Source: Priapulus caudatus
Lineage: Eukaryota
DNA: 53,505 bases
Assembly (NCBI RefSeq): GCF_000485595.1
Contig: NW_014577084.1
Span: forward strand, 373,225 to 426,729
Direction: 5' to 3'
The notes beneath the pieces are model-generated. The model saw nothing but the letters and a program-made list of their open reading frames with translations, was not told the DNA's origin and ran no database searches. Below, piece by piece: positions 11,991 through 24,682 of the stretch. Every line of letters starts with the position of its first letter. Within the stretch, counting starts at the first letter, position 1. A program made the position numbers and the translations under genes.

Positions 11991-14900
11991 CACTGGTAGG
12001 GGCCTGGTGGAGCGCATATATTTGCGGTAGCAATGCCAGCCCATTATTCACTGACTCTCCTCTCCCTCCCCCTCTCCCCTCCCTCACCGCTAAATGTACG
12101 ACACTTAACTGTAAGCCCAAAAAATGTACTGCTGGTAATGGCGCAGCCGGACCCTTAGCATGACAAGGTCCTACCTTCTAATTCCTAAAGATGTCTAACT
12201 GATGGAATGTTATGCAATATAAATAATTAAATTTTGCCCTAGGATAACTCCTCTTCATTTTAATACCATAATCCTTCTCGTCACAACACTCACGATTGCT
12301 CTCTTCTACGTCCGAAACCACTCTCCGCCCGGCACTCCCGTCGCGCTAGCGACCGTTCGTTAGGGCGCTCGCAATGCCATCCCCCTCTGCTGACATAACC
12401 TCTTACTTACGTAACTATCCGCGCTTGTTGATGGCGGTAACGAGGGGATGGGAGACTGAGGAAAGTCGCACGCTACCGAATCATGAACGATAGACCTCGG
12501 GAATCGAGTATAGACGGATAGAAAAAGGAGGCTGAGGCGAGGGGCGTAGGAGAGTGCAAGGAGGCCAAGGACGCGAGGCGGCAGCCATGGTAGCATGCCA
12601 GCATTCCTGAGCGCATATACAGGTCACTCACGTTTTAACCTCTACCTACAACTCAAGTAGATCGGCCCGCGTACTCCCTCCACTCATACATTCCACACCA
12701 GGTCACTTCACCTTGCACTCAAACACTCTCAGTTCACTGTGCGACAACCCACACTTGTATCTGGCATGTGAGAAGAGTAGGGGCCACTTGCGCATGCTCT
12801 ATATACAATGCCCAAGCAATATCGTTTCACACTCGTGGCATACAATTCAAACTCTCCCTCTCCTCCTCGGCTCCTACAAAATACACTAGAGCACTCATTC
12901 TGGTACACGCTCATTACCATTCGCCGTCACACGTCGCGTCTCTCTATTTAACATCACCATATACTTCCCTCTCGTCAGCCTCAGAATCCGCTCTCCAGAG
13001 TTGAGGTACGTGAGTGATATGTGAGGTAGGGCTGCCATGTAGCATGCCAGCATTCACTGAGCGTCTCCTCTCCCGCTCTCCTCTCCCTCTCCCTCTCTCT
13101 CTCCCTCCACACATCTCACTCCTCGCTCGACTCCCACACGAGATCACTCATACAACAGCTCCTGCACAGGCGTTACCTCCTTCACACTCTATTCCTCCTA
13201 AAAAGGTCCGCTCCTCACCTGATCGGATATGTCTATCCTCCCTCATGAAAAATCCTATGCTAGCATAACCACTCGATCTTTATTTGTAGAATTTGTACGG
13301 GCGAAATGCAAGTTGCTTTGTAGGGCGAGTAAAAGGAGCGGCTCAGTGCGGCATTCTCGGTGAGCAATGCAGCAGTTGGAAATATTGCAACCATTGACTC
13401 TCGCCGCCCGCTCTACCCTCACTTCTTACGAGTGGCATACGTCTCTCCCGTTCACTCGAGCCGTCCAAACCTTCTTTACACTTCATAGGCTCCGCTTCGA
13501 TGGTAAGAGAAGGTCGCAGGATCTCCCTCATTTCGCAGACCAGCTAAGGCACCTATGAGCTCGCGCCATAGCCGAAAGATAGCTCTGGGAAGTGTAGCTG
13601 AGTGATGATTGAGGAGGAAGGGAGAGCTCGAGAGCCTCGGCGATGGGTCAGACGGAGTACGAGCCCGAAGCGAAGCTAACGAGCGGGATAGGAGCGCGAA
13701 GTCGCACAAAGTATGGCTGTTTGTCCTAACACTCCCCTATCCCACCTCCCCCTGCTCCTCACGGCATCGCTCCCACGCTCCCCCTCCCCGCGCGCCTCCT
13801 CCGCTCCTTATTCTATACCTCCCTCTCACACCCATTCACTGGTCTATCGACTAAACCGTGAATGACTTTAACTTGGATAGGTGGAGGAGTAAGGTGGTCT
13901 ATGCTGAGAGATGCAATCTCTGTAAGATGCCAGGCCAAGCTCTACACCTGCAGAGAGAATCTGACCATATTCACCTCCCACCTCACCTAGATATACCTGA
14001 CTTCTCCTGGTGAGAAATATTGCGCATCCCCCGCTCCCCTCCCCCTCTACCCTCTCACTCTCCGTCTCGCACGTCTCCCTCACTGATATTTCACACTAAA
14101 CCCTCGTCACGCGTCTTCCTCACAGATGATGCCTAAGGGATTGTAGCGGATTGGAGTGTAGGGCTGGCGCATGTAGCATTCCAGCATTCACTGAGGCCTT
14201 CGGTATAGTCCTCCCCCTGGCCGCATGCCGCAGGACATTACATCCCGCCTCTGCAATGGTCTTCCCCTCTTCCTATTTCACTGTAAAAAAACTTGCTTTA
14301 ACTGATGGAATGTTATCACCAAAATCCTATGGCTAGCACAACTCCTCTTTATTTTAATACTGCATAAATCTTTGCAAAAAATACGGGATTCTCTCGGGAG
14401 ATAATTGCGCATGCGCGCAGCATGCGTGTTAGGTGTGCACGTGCCGTCTCTGAAGAAAACCTCCTCTCCCTCATCATCCACTACAATCACCTCATCTCGC
14501 TTCTCCACTCCGCTGCGCACGAGGGGAATACGGCGATAACTGACAACACTCTCCAGGCTGTCAAGTCGGAAGCGCATATCTGGGCACGCGTAAAATAGAA
14601 GAACGTAGGCCTGAAACCTGAGGACAGCACGGCGCGGGGGGAAGGGGGCGGTCAGAATGTGATAGTGGAGACGTCAGGAAGGGGCGCATAAAGAGAGCGC
14701 ATGTTTTTGTCGCCCTAACTAGATTCAGTCTGTCACGGAGCATTCACGCGCGCTGACGCCTCTCACTATCATTATCACCACACAGCGGTAATACCAGACA
14801 CAATCAATTTCTACTTTGAGCGCCCATCTCCCGAATCACTCTCAACCTTCGCCGAGATACCTCCCCCCACCCCTAATGTCGACCCTCATCCTTTCAATTG

Positions 14901-17900
14901 CGCCACCTATCCTCATCCCTCATCCCTCACCACTACAAGATTACACTAACTCCACTCCTCTGAGTCCCTCTCATAACCCTTTGCTCGGCGTCACATTCCC
15001 TCCTCCCTGATGTACGGATAGTGTGAGGGTAGGCTGCGCAATTAGCATGCCACATTCACTGAAGCTCTCCCCCCCTGCTCCCTCTCGCGCTATTACACCA
15101 CCACCTCCAATCCGTAGCCAAAAACCCGTACTGGCTCTCGGTCATACCTCTCCCTCTCCGCAGCCACGCGGATCCCCTCTGCCCTCCCTCCTGCCCGTGA
15201 TGTAGCCGTTACATGCAAGGAGTTCTTGGCGCTCATGAATGAGTGGCGACTAGAGAGTGATGGTCACTGGCAGCTGATTCTGAGAGATCTAGTTGATCTG
15301 CCAGATACATATCATACATAGAAGCTCTGATGCTAGATACACTCCCTCTCTTCCACTTCTAAATGCATCAATCTTTCGTCAACAATCCATCGTCACTTTC
15401 CTACTGCTCTCCGCGGAGATTCACTCATTCCGCGGCATGTCTTCCCTGCGGCGCGCACGGCGTGTTAAGGCGTCGCAGTGCGTCTGCACACAACTCTCCT
15501 CCTACCTCCCCGTGATGTAGGATGTGTGAGGTAGGGGCTTATGCGCATGTAGCATGCACAATCTCCACATCTTATATTAATTAGAGGCTCCCTTGCTGAT
15601 CGGTGGCGCGCGCACGCTACGATGCGAGACCTGCATGCAAAGCTGCACACCACCTCTCCCTTCCCTCTCAACCGGAACACACTTACGTTTGGCAAGCCAC
15701 TCTAGAAGAGAGAAGGTCAGAAATCCGCGCGAGCGAACAGGAGAGCGCGGGACAGTGACCCCCAGGCCTCTCCCTCCATAAAGTTAGCACAGCGACACTC
15801 CCATGCCTAGCATCGCATCCACGCATCTCACCGCACCACGTCACAACCGCACACCACGCCCATCCCCTTACCTGCACGCACACCGACGCAGCACTACTAT
15901 CAGGCAAGCCATCAGTGAGGGTAAGGGGCCTGCGCATGTAGCATGCCAAGCCATTCGACTGAGCTCAAATCCCTCTCCCTCTCCTCGCCTCTCCCTCCCC
16001 CTCCCCCTCTCACCTCTCCTGCTCCTCACTCACCCGTGATCGTACGGATGTGTGAGGTAGGCGGGCCTCGCATGTAGGCATGCCACGCAGCGCTACTCGA
16101 CTGGACGCGGCTCTCCCTCAACGCAGCACACAATCACACACATCACACACACCACCAAACCAACACACATCTCCCCTCGCTCTCCCCCCTCTCGACTCTC
16201 CTCTCTCCCCCTCCACCCTCCACACCGGAACACACCTCTCCTCTCCCTCTCCCCGCTCTCCCTGCTCGCCCTCGTCCTATCTCGCATCTCCCTGCGTCGC
16301 TTCTCCTCTCCCTCTCCCTCCCCTCCCCGTGATGTAGCGGATGTGTGAGGGTAGGGGGCTCGGCGCAATGTAGCCATGCGCAGCATTACACTGAGCTCTC
16401 CCTCTCCCTCCCCCCTCTCCCTCTCCTCCCCACATTACACCACCAAACACACTAGCCACACACATCTACCACACACACTCACTACACAACACATCACATC
16501 ACACAGACCACATCACATTCCTCCTCTCCCTCCCCCTCACCCTCTCCCTCTCCCTCCCCCCTCCGACCCCTCTCCCTCTCCTCCTGCACCGCTGCGAAGT
16601 GTCCCTAACACGAACATGCCCTCTCCCGTCTCTACCTCCCCCCCTCAGTTCACACCTCCCCTCTCTCTCTCCCTCTAAAAAAACATCACTTGCGCCCCGC
16701 ACACCTCAGACATATTTCCGCGCTCACGCAAATAATTTCACCGTCCATCCACTATCACAGACCGTCTCCTTCTCACGGTCCATAATATTAAACTCCACAT
16801 GTAAATCATCATTCAGTAGATATAATTAAATCGTTTACACAATAAAAATCATTCATCAACTCATATCTCTGCTAGTCTCTGAAACAAAAATTATTTCACA
16901 CAAAACATAAATGTCCCCTTTCCGTTCGAATACCTCTCTAACCCCTCACCACACACGGCACGTGGCAGCTGCTCGCTACATCGGCGCTTCTAGAAGTCAC
17001 GGCTTGTTAAAAATCCGTTCCCGCTCCTCCCTACTCGCCCGATTCTTCCCTCTCATCCCTTTTCCACGCTGATCTCTCTGGGTTCGCTAACGTTATTTTT
17101 GAAAGGAAAGCCTATACAAGTATATTTACTGTCTAAAACATCCACGCCTATATCACAAGATCTACGAACACACTCGTACACACCGTGATGTACGAGATGT
17201 CGTCGAGGGGTGAAAGGGGGCAGCTGTACAGGCGCAATTTGAAGGAGCCAGATGGCCAGCATTCACTGACGCTCGTCCTCTCCTCCTCCTCCTCCTCCCC
17301 CTCTACTTTAGTTTTCTTTGTTTTTATTTTTACACCGTCTTCCGCTCTTACCGCGGTCACTCCTCCCACCTGCGTCGCCTGCTCCCTCCCCCTCCCCTCC
17401 TCGTTTCTCTGTCTTTCCACTCGCCACCTGTGAACTACTCCGTACTAGTTGCCACCTCTTCCCTCTGCCCGCGAAGTCGCCCGTCTTTCTCGCGCTTCTG
17501 CGTCGTATCAGTTACTCCTCTCCCATCCCTCTCCCCTCCTACTGCTCACTCGGGTACATCTACACAAAACACAAAAACCAACAAAAAATATCACTGTAAT
17601 ACAGAAAAGTGTAGCGCAGACCTTGTACCAACTCTTCCCTCCTACAGTGCTGAACGTGCACCGCCATAATCCCTCACGTCCGCCCTCAGTACCACATCCA
17701 CACCTCGTTCCAGCAAATCACAATATAGATCCTCTAATATCGACCTTCAAGACAATCTAACAACCAATCCCCCTCTCAACCTCCCCGCTCTCTCTCCTCC
17801 CATCAATCCCGGTACACTACCCTCTCCCTCTCACCGCTCAAGTGGTCGTTGTCGTATCGTCAGGGCTTACCTCTCATCACCGATATCGCCACACTCTCCC

Positions 17901-20890
17901 CGGAGGTACACTCAATTCATGTCGGCCTCTCCCCCCTCTCAAGGATCCTAGAATGAACATTCGGTCCCCATCAGAATCACGCAATGTGCCTAACGTCTCC
18001 ACTGCCCTCAACCACTAATCCTAAACACTCTACCCTACCTCCCCCTCAGAACTCCTAAACCCTCACACCACCCTAACAATTCAACCTAAACCATAACCCT
18101 AACGCTTTATATGCGGATAATCACCATATATTTTATATCTTCGATTGTCCCAACTCGACATTTGCGTTATTAGGAGACCCTCCCTCTCCCTCTACCCTTC
18201 TCCCCTCCGTCCTTTCCCCCGTGATGTACGGGGATGTGGTGAAGGGTAGGGGCTCAATGTTCTCTAATCGCACGTCGAAACCTCATAGTGGGCAGCCACT
18301 TGCCAAGACAATCTACACATAGAAGTGTAACCCTAGCCTTCGCTTCATCCTACGGAACGCTCGTACCTCTAAACATCCCGAATAACCCTAACATCACCCT
18401 CATATAAAAAGAATAAACATAATACAAACACACCTATAAACCTACCCTCCCCCTCCCCCTCGGGTTATCCATACTGTCAGGCTAGTACCACTCTTCTGAT
18501 CACTGACATACCGCGAGCCGGTCCCCAATCTGCAAAACCTACCCCCTTCCCTCTCTCCTCTCGCGCGTAACATACTCATCATTACATACCTCGTAGTATA
18601 GTACCTCCCTGTCATACGTACCAACGAAACACCTCACCTTCCTCTCCCTCGTGCACGTAGTGCCAGTTAGTTGGTAGTATACACTGCCCGTACACTCCCC
18701 GTCATCCGCATTGAATTAGGAACATAGACAATCAGATGAAGAGTTAGTCGAGTAGCCTCCTCTCCGTCCCCGCAACATCCTGCTCACAGACTAAAACGTC
18801 TCGCGAGCTTTGGCTACACTCTCGCAGGTCCCGCGCGCCGGCCCTGCTGCTCTCATTCGTTCCCCGCAGTCACACGCTCCTCTTCAGCGTACAACACAAT
18901 CTGAGTTGCAATTTTTGTTGTGGGCATTGGATACGGCTGAATCGAGTTAGCTCACTGAGGGCGTGACGGGGCGTCATACTCTCGACCCCCCAAAAAAGTA
19001 TCAAGTACCCCGCAGCTCGCTAGCCTCGTCTGTCAAAATAATCGTCTGCCCGACTCTCTTTTGCGACCTACACTTTATTTCTCCGTTTCAAGAAACTTGT
19101 TTTTATGCAATAGATTCATCCTATGTCAGAGTAAACTTCATATTTTTGGCGCATAATTAGACCCTCCCGATTTCTTTTTTGATGCGACTCCCTCCTCCCC
19201 GCGTCAGTAATGTGTTAAATTCAACCGGAATGTTGTCCGACGTATGAGGCGGCTTCTACGGTCGTCCACAATAGTAGCACTCGGAGATCACACAAATCAT
19301 TCAGCAAGAAGGATCATACTAATGTAGCATGGCTCCTGCGGTACTCTATCGACGCGCCCGGAATTACCGCTGCAACTCTACGCCTTGCAATGCCCTACTC
19401 ACCCGGAAGTCCCGTACTCCCTCATCTGGTTGACAATGTGAATCGCAATCACTACCGCCATCATCTTTCTCTCGGATACGTTTACTCTTTTCTATCCCAG
19501 TCTTCAGGTCACCAACTCCTCCCTCTCCCTCTGCACTAAATACTTCTATGCTTGTGGCCCCTCGGTCCCTCATCCCCCCTCACGCCAAATCACTCCTCAT
19601 CATAGCTGGTCACTCCTCTCCCTCCCCATCCTCGCGGTCAGATAAATGATTGAAGTCTCTAGATTTAAAGATAAAGTTATCCCACGCAATGTGTTGAAGG
19701 GTGAGATGTGGTAGTCTATATTCGGCGCAATGTCAGCGGTAATAAGTATTACTTCATAAATGCCGCCAAGCATTCACACCCTGCGAAAGACTGGAGCGTG
19801 GGTCTTTCCCGTCTAATTCCTCTGCGAGATAGACCTCCCGCGGCCCCCCATCCGACAGACCACTCCCCTCCCATCTCCTCCTCCCCTCTCCTCTCCCTCG
19901 TCTTCCCTCTCCGCTCTCCCCGGCCCTCGCTCCCTCACCCCCGGCTCCCTCATACCCATCTCGACCGTCTCCCTCTCCCTCTCCCATCTCCCTCATCCCT
20001 CTCCTCGCACCACCTCTCGCCAACTTCACTGGGGTCACGCGTCGCCGCTTCTCCCTCTCCCTCCCTCTCCTCGTCCTTCTCTCCTCTGCTCCCGGGGCGC
20101 GCTCTCCCTGACCTCCACTACTCACTAGTGTAGCATACACCAATTCCATATCGACTTTAACACGGCGCTTACATTATACAGCCGGTGCTACTTGAAGCGC
20201 TTCCAATTAAAATCTACTATCATGCTAACCGTAAATACCGCTCAAATTCCCGTCATTCTACTCAGTACAACGTCCCGTGATAAATTCTATAATGTTGACT
20301 ATAGTGGTGAGGGTCTATAGGGCTTCGCGCAAGGTGTCTATACTCTCTTACACTCTATTATCCCAGCATGTCCCACTGAGATAGTTTTCCTAGACTCATC
20401 TGCATATATCCTCCTCCCGTCTCCTCTGCCCTCTCACCATCTCCCTCTCCCGACGGCAGCCAAATTTGCTCTCGTGTGGCGGCGACTGTGCACGCTTGCA
20501 CTAATATATAGAGCAAGGTGAAAAGCGCGATTCAAAGAATTTCGCGCAGATCCTCCTCCCCGTGATGTACGGAATGTGTGAGGTAGGGGCTAGCGCATGT
20601 GCAAAGCCAAGCATTCACATTGGAGCACTCGCCCTTCCCCTCTCCCATCCCCCCCCCCTCTCGGCCCTCCTCGCACTCTGCATTTCTATACACGACCTTC
20701 CAATACACAATACTGCATCGCCATAACGCACTTCGCACATTCTCCGCGTTCTCTTCCTCCTGCACAACAACAGTGGCTCTCTACTCTTCGTTCTATATAA
20801 TCAACCCACCTAATGTCTCTGTTCCGTCCTCCAAACCCCCTCGGAGCCGAACCTCACTCACTCCCACGAGAATCCAACAATCTACTTCCT
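11991..20890. repeat. Very noisy CT-rich repeat array (probable single-read gap fill)
   Basis: Degenerate core CCCCGTGATGTACGGATGTGTGAGGTAGGGGCTGCGCATGTAGCATGCCAGCATTCACTGAGCTCTCC recurs at about 13010, 14140, 15005, 15510, 16035, 16327, 17184, 18219, 19690 and 20560, separated by (CTCTCC)-rich tracts. Confidence 0.7.
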
Positions 20891-20904
20891 CATCAATCTC
20901 TAAA

Positions 20905-21452
20905 CTCAGGAGCATGATTAAATCCCATCTAATCATAATTAGTTGCTAAGTACTAAGGAAGTATATGTAGGTGTACTAGTAATAATATGAGCTATAAGTA
21001 TAGTACGCTGCAGATATTTACAAATTGGAAATTATTTACTTCAATTTTTCCAAGGAAATTTAAATTATCGTCAAGATTAGCTGTACTAATTATAGTCATA
21101 ATTGCAAACTTATTCCTTTTCATGTACCGAATTTGCAAATACTTTGCGTTGTCGCGCCCATTTTGAAATACCAGTGTAATTCAATGTCTAAGTACTGCTA
21201 AATTATGCTGATTAGTTTAAATATGTACTTAAAATCGCTTTGTGAAACAGATTTTTAAGTATGTTAAACTAATCATAATTACAGGAGGTTAAGTATGATA
21301 TTAGTGATTTAATCATAATTAAAGTTAATCACGCTTCGTGAAATCGGCCCAGATTTTTAAGTATGATTAACTAATCATAATTACAGGAGGTTAAGTAGAG
21401 TAGTGATTTAATCATAATTAAAGTTAATCACGCTTCGTGAAACCGGCCCCTG
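20905..21452. mobile_element. Harbinger-like MITE right portion with a ~100 bp terminal tandem duplication
   Basis: CAGATTTTTAAGTATG...AAGTTAATCACGCTTCGTGAAA(T/C)CGGCCC occurs twice (about 21248-21350 and 21350-21450), ending GGCCCC|TG. Confidence 0.55.
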
Positions 21453-21469
21453 GCTCTCAACATTGGAGA

Positions 21470-21565
21470 CTGTGAATCTCCCGTGGCTCGGATGACCACG
21501 TAAAATGGCGGTCTCGTCTCCAGTAATACGAAAGGCCAATGGGGACGTAAAAGAACCACTGAGGC
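21470..21565 (+). mobile_element. SINE fragment with Deu/Nin-type central domain
   Basis: CCGTGGCTCGGATGACCACGTAAAATGGCGGTCTCG...GGGGACGTAAAAGAACCAC resembles the recalled Nin/Deu core (TCGGATGAGACGTTAAACCGAGGTCC...GTTAAAGATCCC). No tRNA head seen. Confidence 0.45.
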
Positions 21566-22144
21566 CGCAAAAACAAACTCTGGCTGTGACCACCCTCAGT
21601 GACATTCAGTGCCATTCGCTATAGCTATATAGCGCTGTTGGCAGACAGAGAGGAGTGGCGACCCCTGTCTGGTATGAACTACAGAAAGGAATAATAACAA
21701 CTTCCGGAGGAGACTCGAAATAATTATTAATTATTATATTAAGCAGTCGATGCCATATCCAGTAATAAATACAAGCCACAAACTCAAGATGAGGTGAACG
21801 AGTGTGTGCGTGTGAGGTGAGGTAAGGTAAGATGGAGTGTGTGTGTTCAACTTTCATAGGGGGCGTCTCATACACGTCTCATACCGAGGTGTGTATGAGA
21901 CGCCCGCTCTGATTGGTCAATAGTCCTGACTTGCCAGTCAGCTAATCAGCGGCTACAGCACATTGCTAATATGTTTACAGGGCTGCAGTTAGACGTGACT
22001 GCTCGTTTTTTAATTTTAATTATGCGCTTAAAGTTATTTTGTTAAATAAAATTGAGAAAAAAGAAAGAATGTAATAGTTGGTTAGGAGTTTTTATTGCAA
22101 AATAATGAAAATATAAAAAATAAGATAACATTTCAATATTTTGG

Positions 22145-22228
22145 GAATCGAATCGAAGGAATCGAATCGAGAGGCTAATATCGAGATACGGATCGAATCG
22201 AGAGGCTTGTGTATCGTTACAGCCCTAG
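22145..22228 (-). mobile_element. hAT-like MITE end fragment
   Basis: The reverse strand begins TAGGGCTGTAACGATAC followed by CGATTCGATTC subterminal repeats. Confidence 0.5.
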
Positions 22229-23025
22229 TATATATATATGCATATAGGTAGGAAGGTTGTAGAGTTTCTTCCCTGGAATTTTTAGAAGGCATGTTAGGCA
22301 ACGGGCAATCTGCCCCTGGTTGCTAATTGTAGTCAGTTACGCGATTGCTAATTGGAGGCATTTATGCATGTTCTAAGTGGCCCCCAATCAGTTCAGAAAC
22401 ATATATCCATCAAGCTCAAAACACAGCGTGACTGCATTAGGATTATCAAAAGTAAACGCTCAGACCCGACGTGTTAAAAGCCCAGGGAGAAACCTGGGTA
22501 GCTAGCTAGCTAGCTAGCTAGGTAGATTCGATTAGGGTTAGAACTTAGATAGATGCATGGATGGATGGATGGTATGGGATGAGATGAGATAGGATGGGAT
22601 GGGATGGGTTAATCAACTTAATGCATGGATAGATACAATTCAAATTCTACAGGTCTAGGGTTTTAATTCATGTCTAGTCCAACATGACTTGAAAGTGGAA
22701 GGTAATATCATATGTGACATTCATAAATCCTAACAGTAACATGCCTTAGATGTCAAATTTACGCGCCTTAATTTCTTGCTGTTTTGTGAATCCCATCACA
22801 GTAATTCTAAATGTATACATCTTTGTACTGTTAAAATATATCTATTTATTTATTTATCGACTTTATTTATTTGTATTGGGGCCACATATGACACATATTA
22901 CTAATTCACTATTTATGTTTCTGTTTTGTTTGTTCGTTCTGTTCGTTTTTTTTATCTTCTTGTTCATTAGGTGAAAATGGTTTCAAAAAATGACGCAGAA
23001 GGCTTTCTCATGTTTTTACCAATCA

Positions 23026-23775
23026 TTTTTAGCTCACCTTGACATCGTCAAGCTGAGCTATTGCCATGGGTCGTCGTACGTCCGTCCGTCCGTCCGTCCG
23101 TCAACATTTCGCTTCGGTCAACAATAACTCAGGAACCGTTTGGCCCACATGTTTGAAATTGGGTATAGTTGTTACTGCTATGCTCCCATATTAAAGACTA
23201 ATGGCAATTCCCATTTTTGCCAAAAAATTGCCGTGGCTCGAAAGTACGTCGACTGGCGTGCTTCAAAATAGGACGAATCACAATTTGTGACCGTAGATGG
23301 CGCTATACCTGTTTTGTAGCAATGGCGTTTGAAATAAATATGTAATGCTGCGTTCCGACATGTTTTGTAAAACTTTACTCTAATATAGACATTTTATTGG
23401 CAGGGTGGAGAGGAAATACCAATTTTGCATTAAAGATATTGTCAATGAAATCTTGTAAAACGAACCAGACGAGTGTGACACCACAGACTGTTTGTGTCTA
23501 TATATGCTATATAATTGCCAAACCCTACCTAATTTGCATAATTTTTTTTAAATATCAAAACCCCTAGCCGTTATTCATTCACATACCAAAAATGAGCAAA
23601 ATCCGTTGAACCTGAACTCATTTTGGTTTATAAATTATTATTGCAATATACAGATGGCAATCGTTTCTATAATGTACGTCGATGGTTGCTCAATTAAAAC
23701 TGACTTCTTCTTACTCACTCATTTGTGTCCTTTTTTGTGGTGAGCTACAGTGTCATTGACACTTTCATTCTTTTT
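23026..23775 (+). mobile_element. Helentron-type non-autonomous element (HINE/DINE-1-like), copy 1
   Basis: TTTT|TAGCTCACC subTIR, partial inverted copy GCTGAGCTA, (GTCC)n microsatellite, 3' subTIR GGTGAGCTA (23739-47), hairpin AGTGTCA-T-TGACACT (23749-63), T-rich end. Confidence 0.9.
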
Positions 23776-23975
23776 CCCTGTCGCCTGATTTACTCTGTTC
23801 GTGATTATACAGGTTATAAATTATAAATAATTAATTATTAAATTATATTGGGTGTGCTACCTAAATTGTGGTATTTCCCTGATAATTCAATTTGTTCTGT
23901 ATCTTCTGTTTCAAAATGTTATGCAAGATGGACATCTATAACTGAACTAATTGACAACTGCGTTTCACTTCGCAG

Positions 23976-24094
23976 ATGAATTAAAGGAAGGTCCCAGCGT
24001 GGACAGTCTAAAAATGCACGGTTGCTACCTGAATGGAAACTGGAATCTGTTTAGGTCTTTTCTTAAGCATGAGTCAGGGATGGCTGATCCCAAG
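23976..24094 (+). CDS. NT5DC1: NT5DC1 internal exon: (D)ELKEGPSVDSLKMHGCYLNGNWNLFRSFLKHESGMADPK
   Basis: ttcgcag|...|gtaaaa splice sites. Aligns to recalled human ...SLDKPGWYSQGNAVHLYELLKKMTGKPEPK. Phase 0 joins the next exon in frame. Confidence 0.88.
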
Positions 24095-24565
24095 GTAAAA
24101 CATCACTGTAAAAACATTTTTAGGTTAATTAATTAGAAATCTCGTAAATGTACCTACGTACATATGTGTGGATTGCTTCACAGCCAGAGTGCATTAGACG
24201 TGATTGGAAACTTTGCATGCGCCCATGAAAGTAACATTTTCTTCACATAATTTGCATAAGTGTTTGTATAGCGTTCATTCATCGTAAAAACATGTTAACA
24301 AAATCTTATTTTCATGATGCAGGGTGTTGTGCCTAATAAATGAATGATTACACTATGAGCATCAACTGATAGATATTTATGTTGCATGTTTCGTTATTAA
24401 GGTCAACCGTGGATCCATAGAAACTACCTACATGTCAAATATACTCATCGTCATAATTATAACATGTTGGCCTTGCTGAGATTATGTCGTTCTCATTTTG
24501 CGTTTATGGTTGCGTGTTGCAGAAGTATGTGGTGCTATGTCACATTTCTCCGCTGGCTGTTGCAG

Positions 24566-24682
24566 GTGTTGTACTTTGGCGACAGTCTCCCGTCAGACAT
24601 CGTCGCTTCAAGGCAGTTCTCCGACTGGACGACTGTGGCCATCGTTGAGGAGCTCGAGACTGAGGAGCTAGACACAATTGAG
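24566..24682 (+). CDS. NT5DC1: NT5DC1 exon with HAD motif IV: VLYFGDSLPSDIVASRQFSDWTTVAIVEELETEELDTIE
   Basis: ttgcag| acceptor, 117 nt, gtgatg donor. Matches recalled human VVYFGDSMHSDIFPARHYSNWETVLILEEL. Confidence 0.92.

Noticed and set aside
11345..20890. CRISPR-like repeat/spacer array
   Set aside because: Eukaryotic context and no cas genes. The first array has no spacers; the second has degenerate cores with irregular low-complexity spacers.
12360..20949. Many short Pro/Ser/Leu- or Gly/Glu/Arg-rich ORFs
   Set aside because: They derive from noisy CT-rich sequence and show no recognisable domains.
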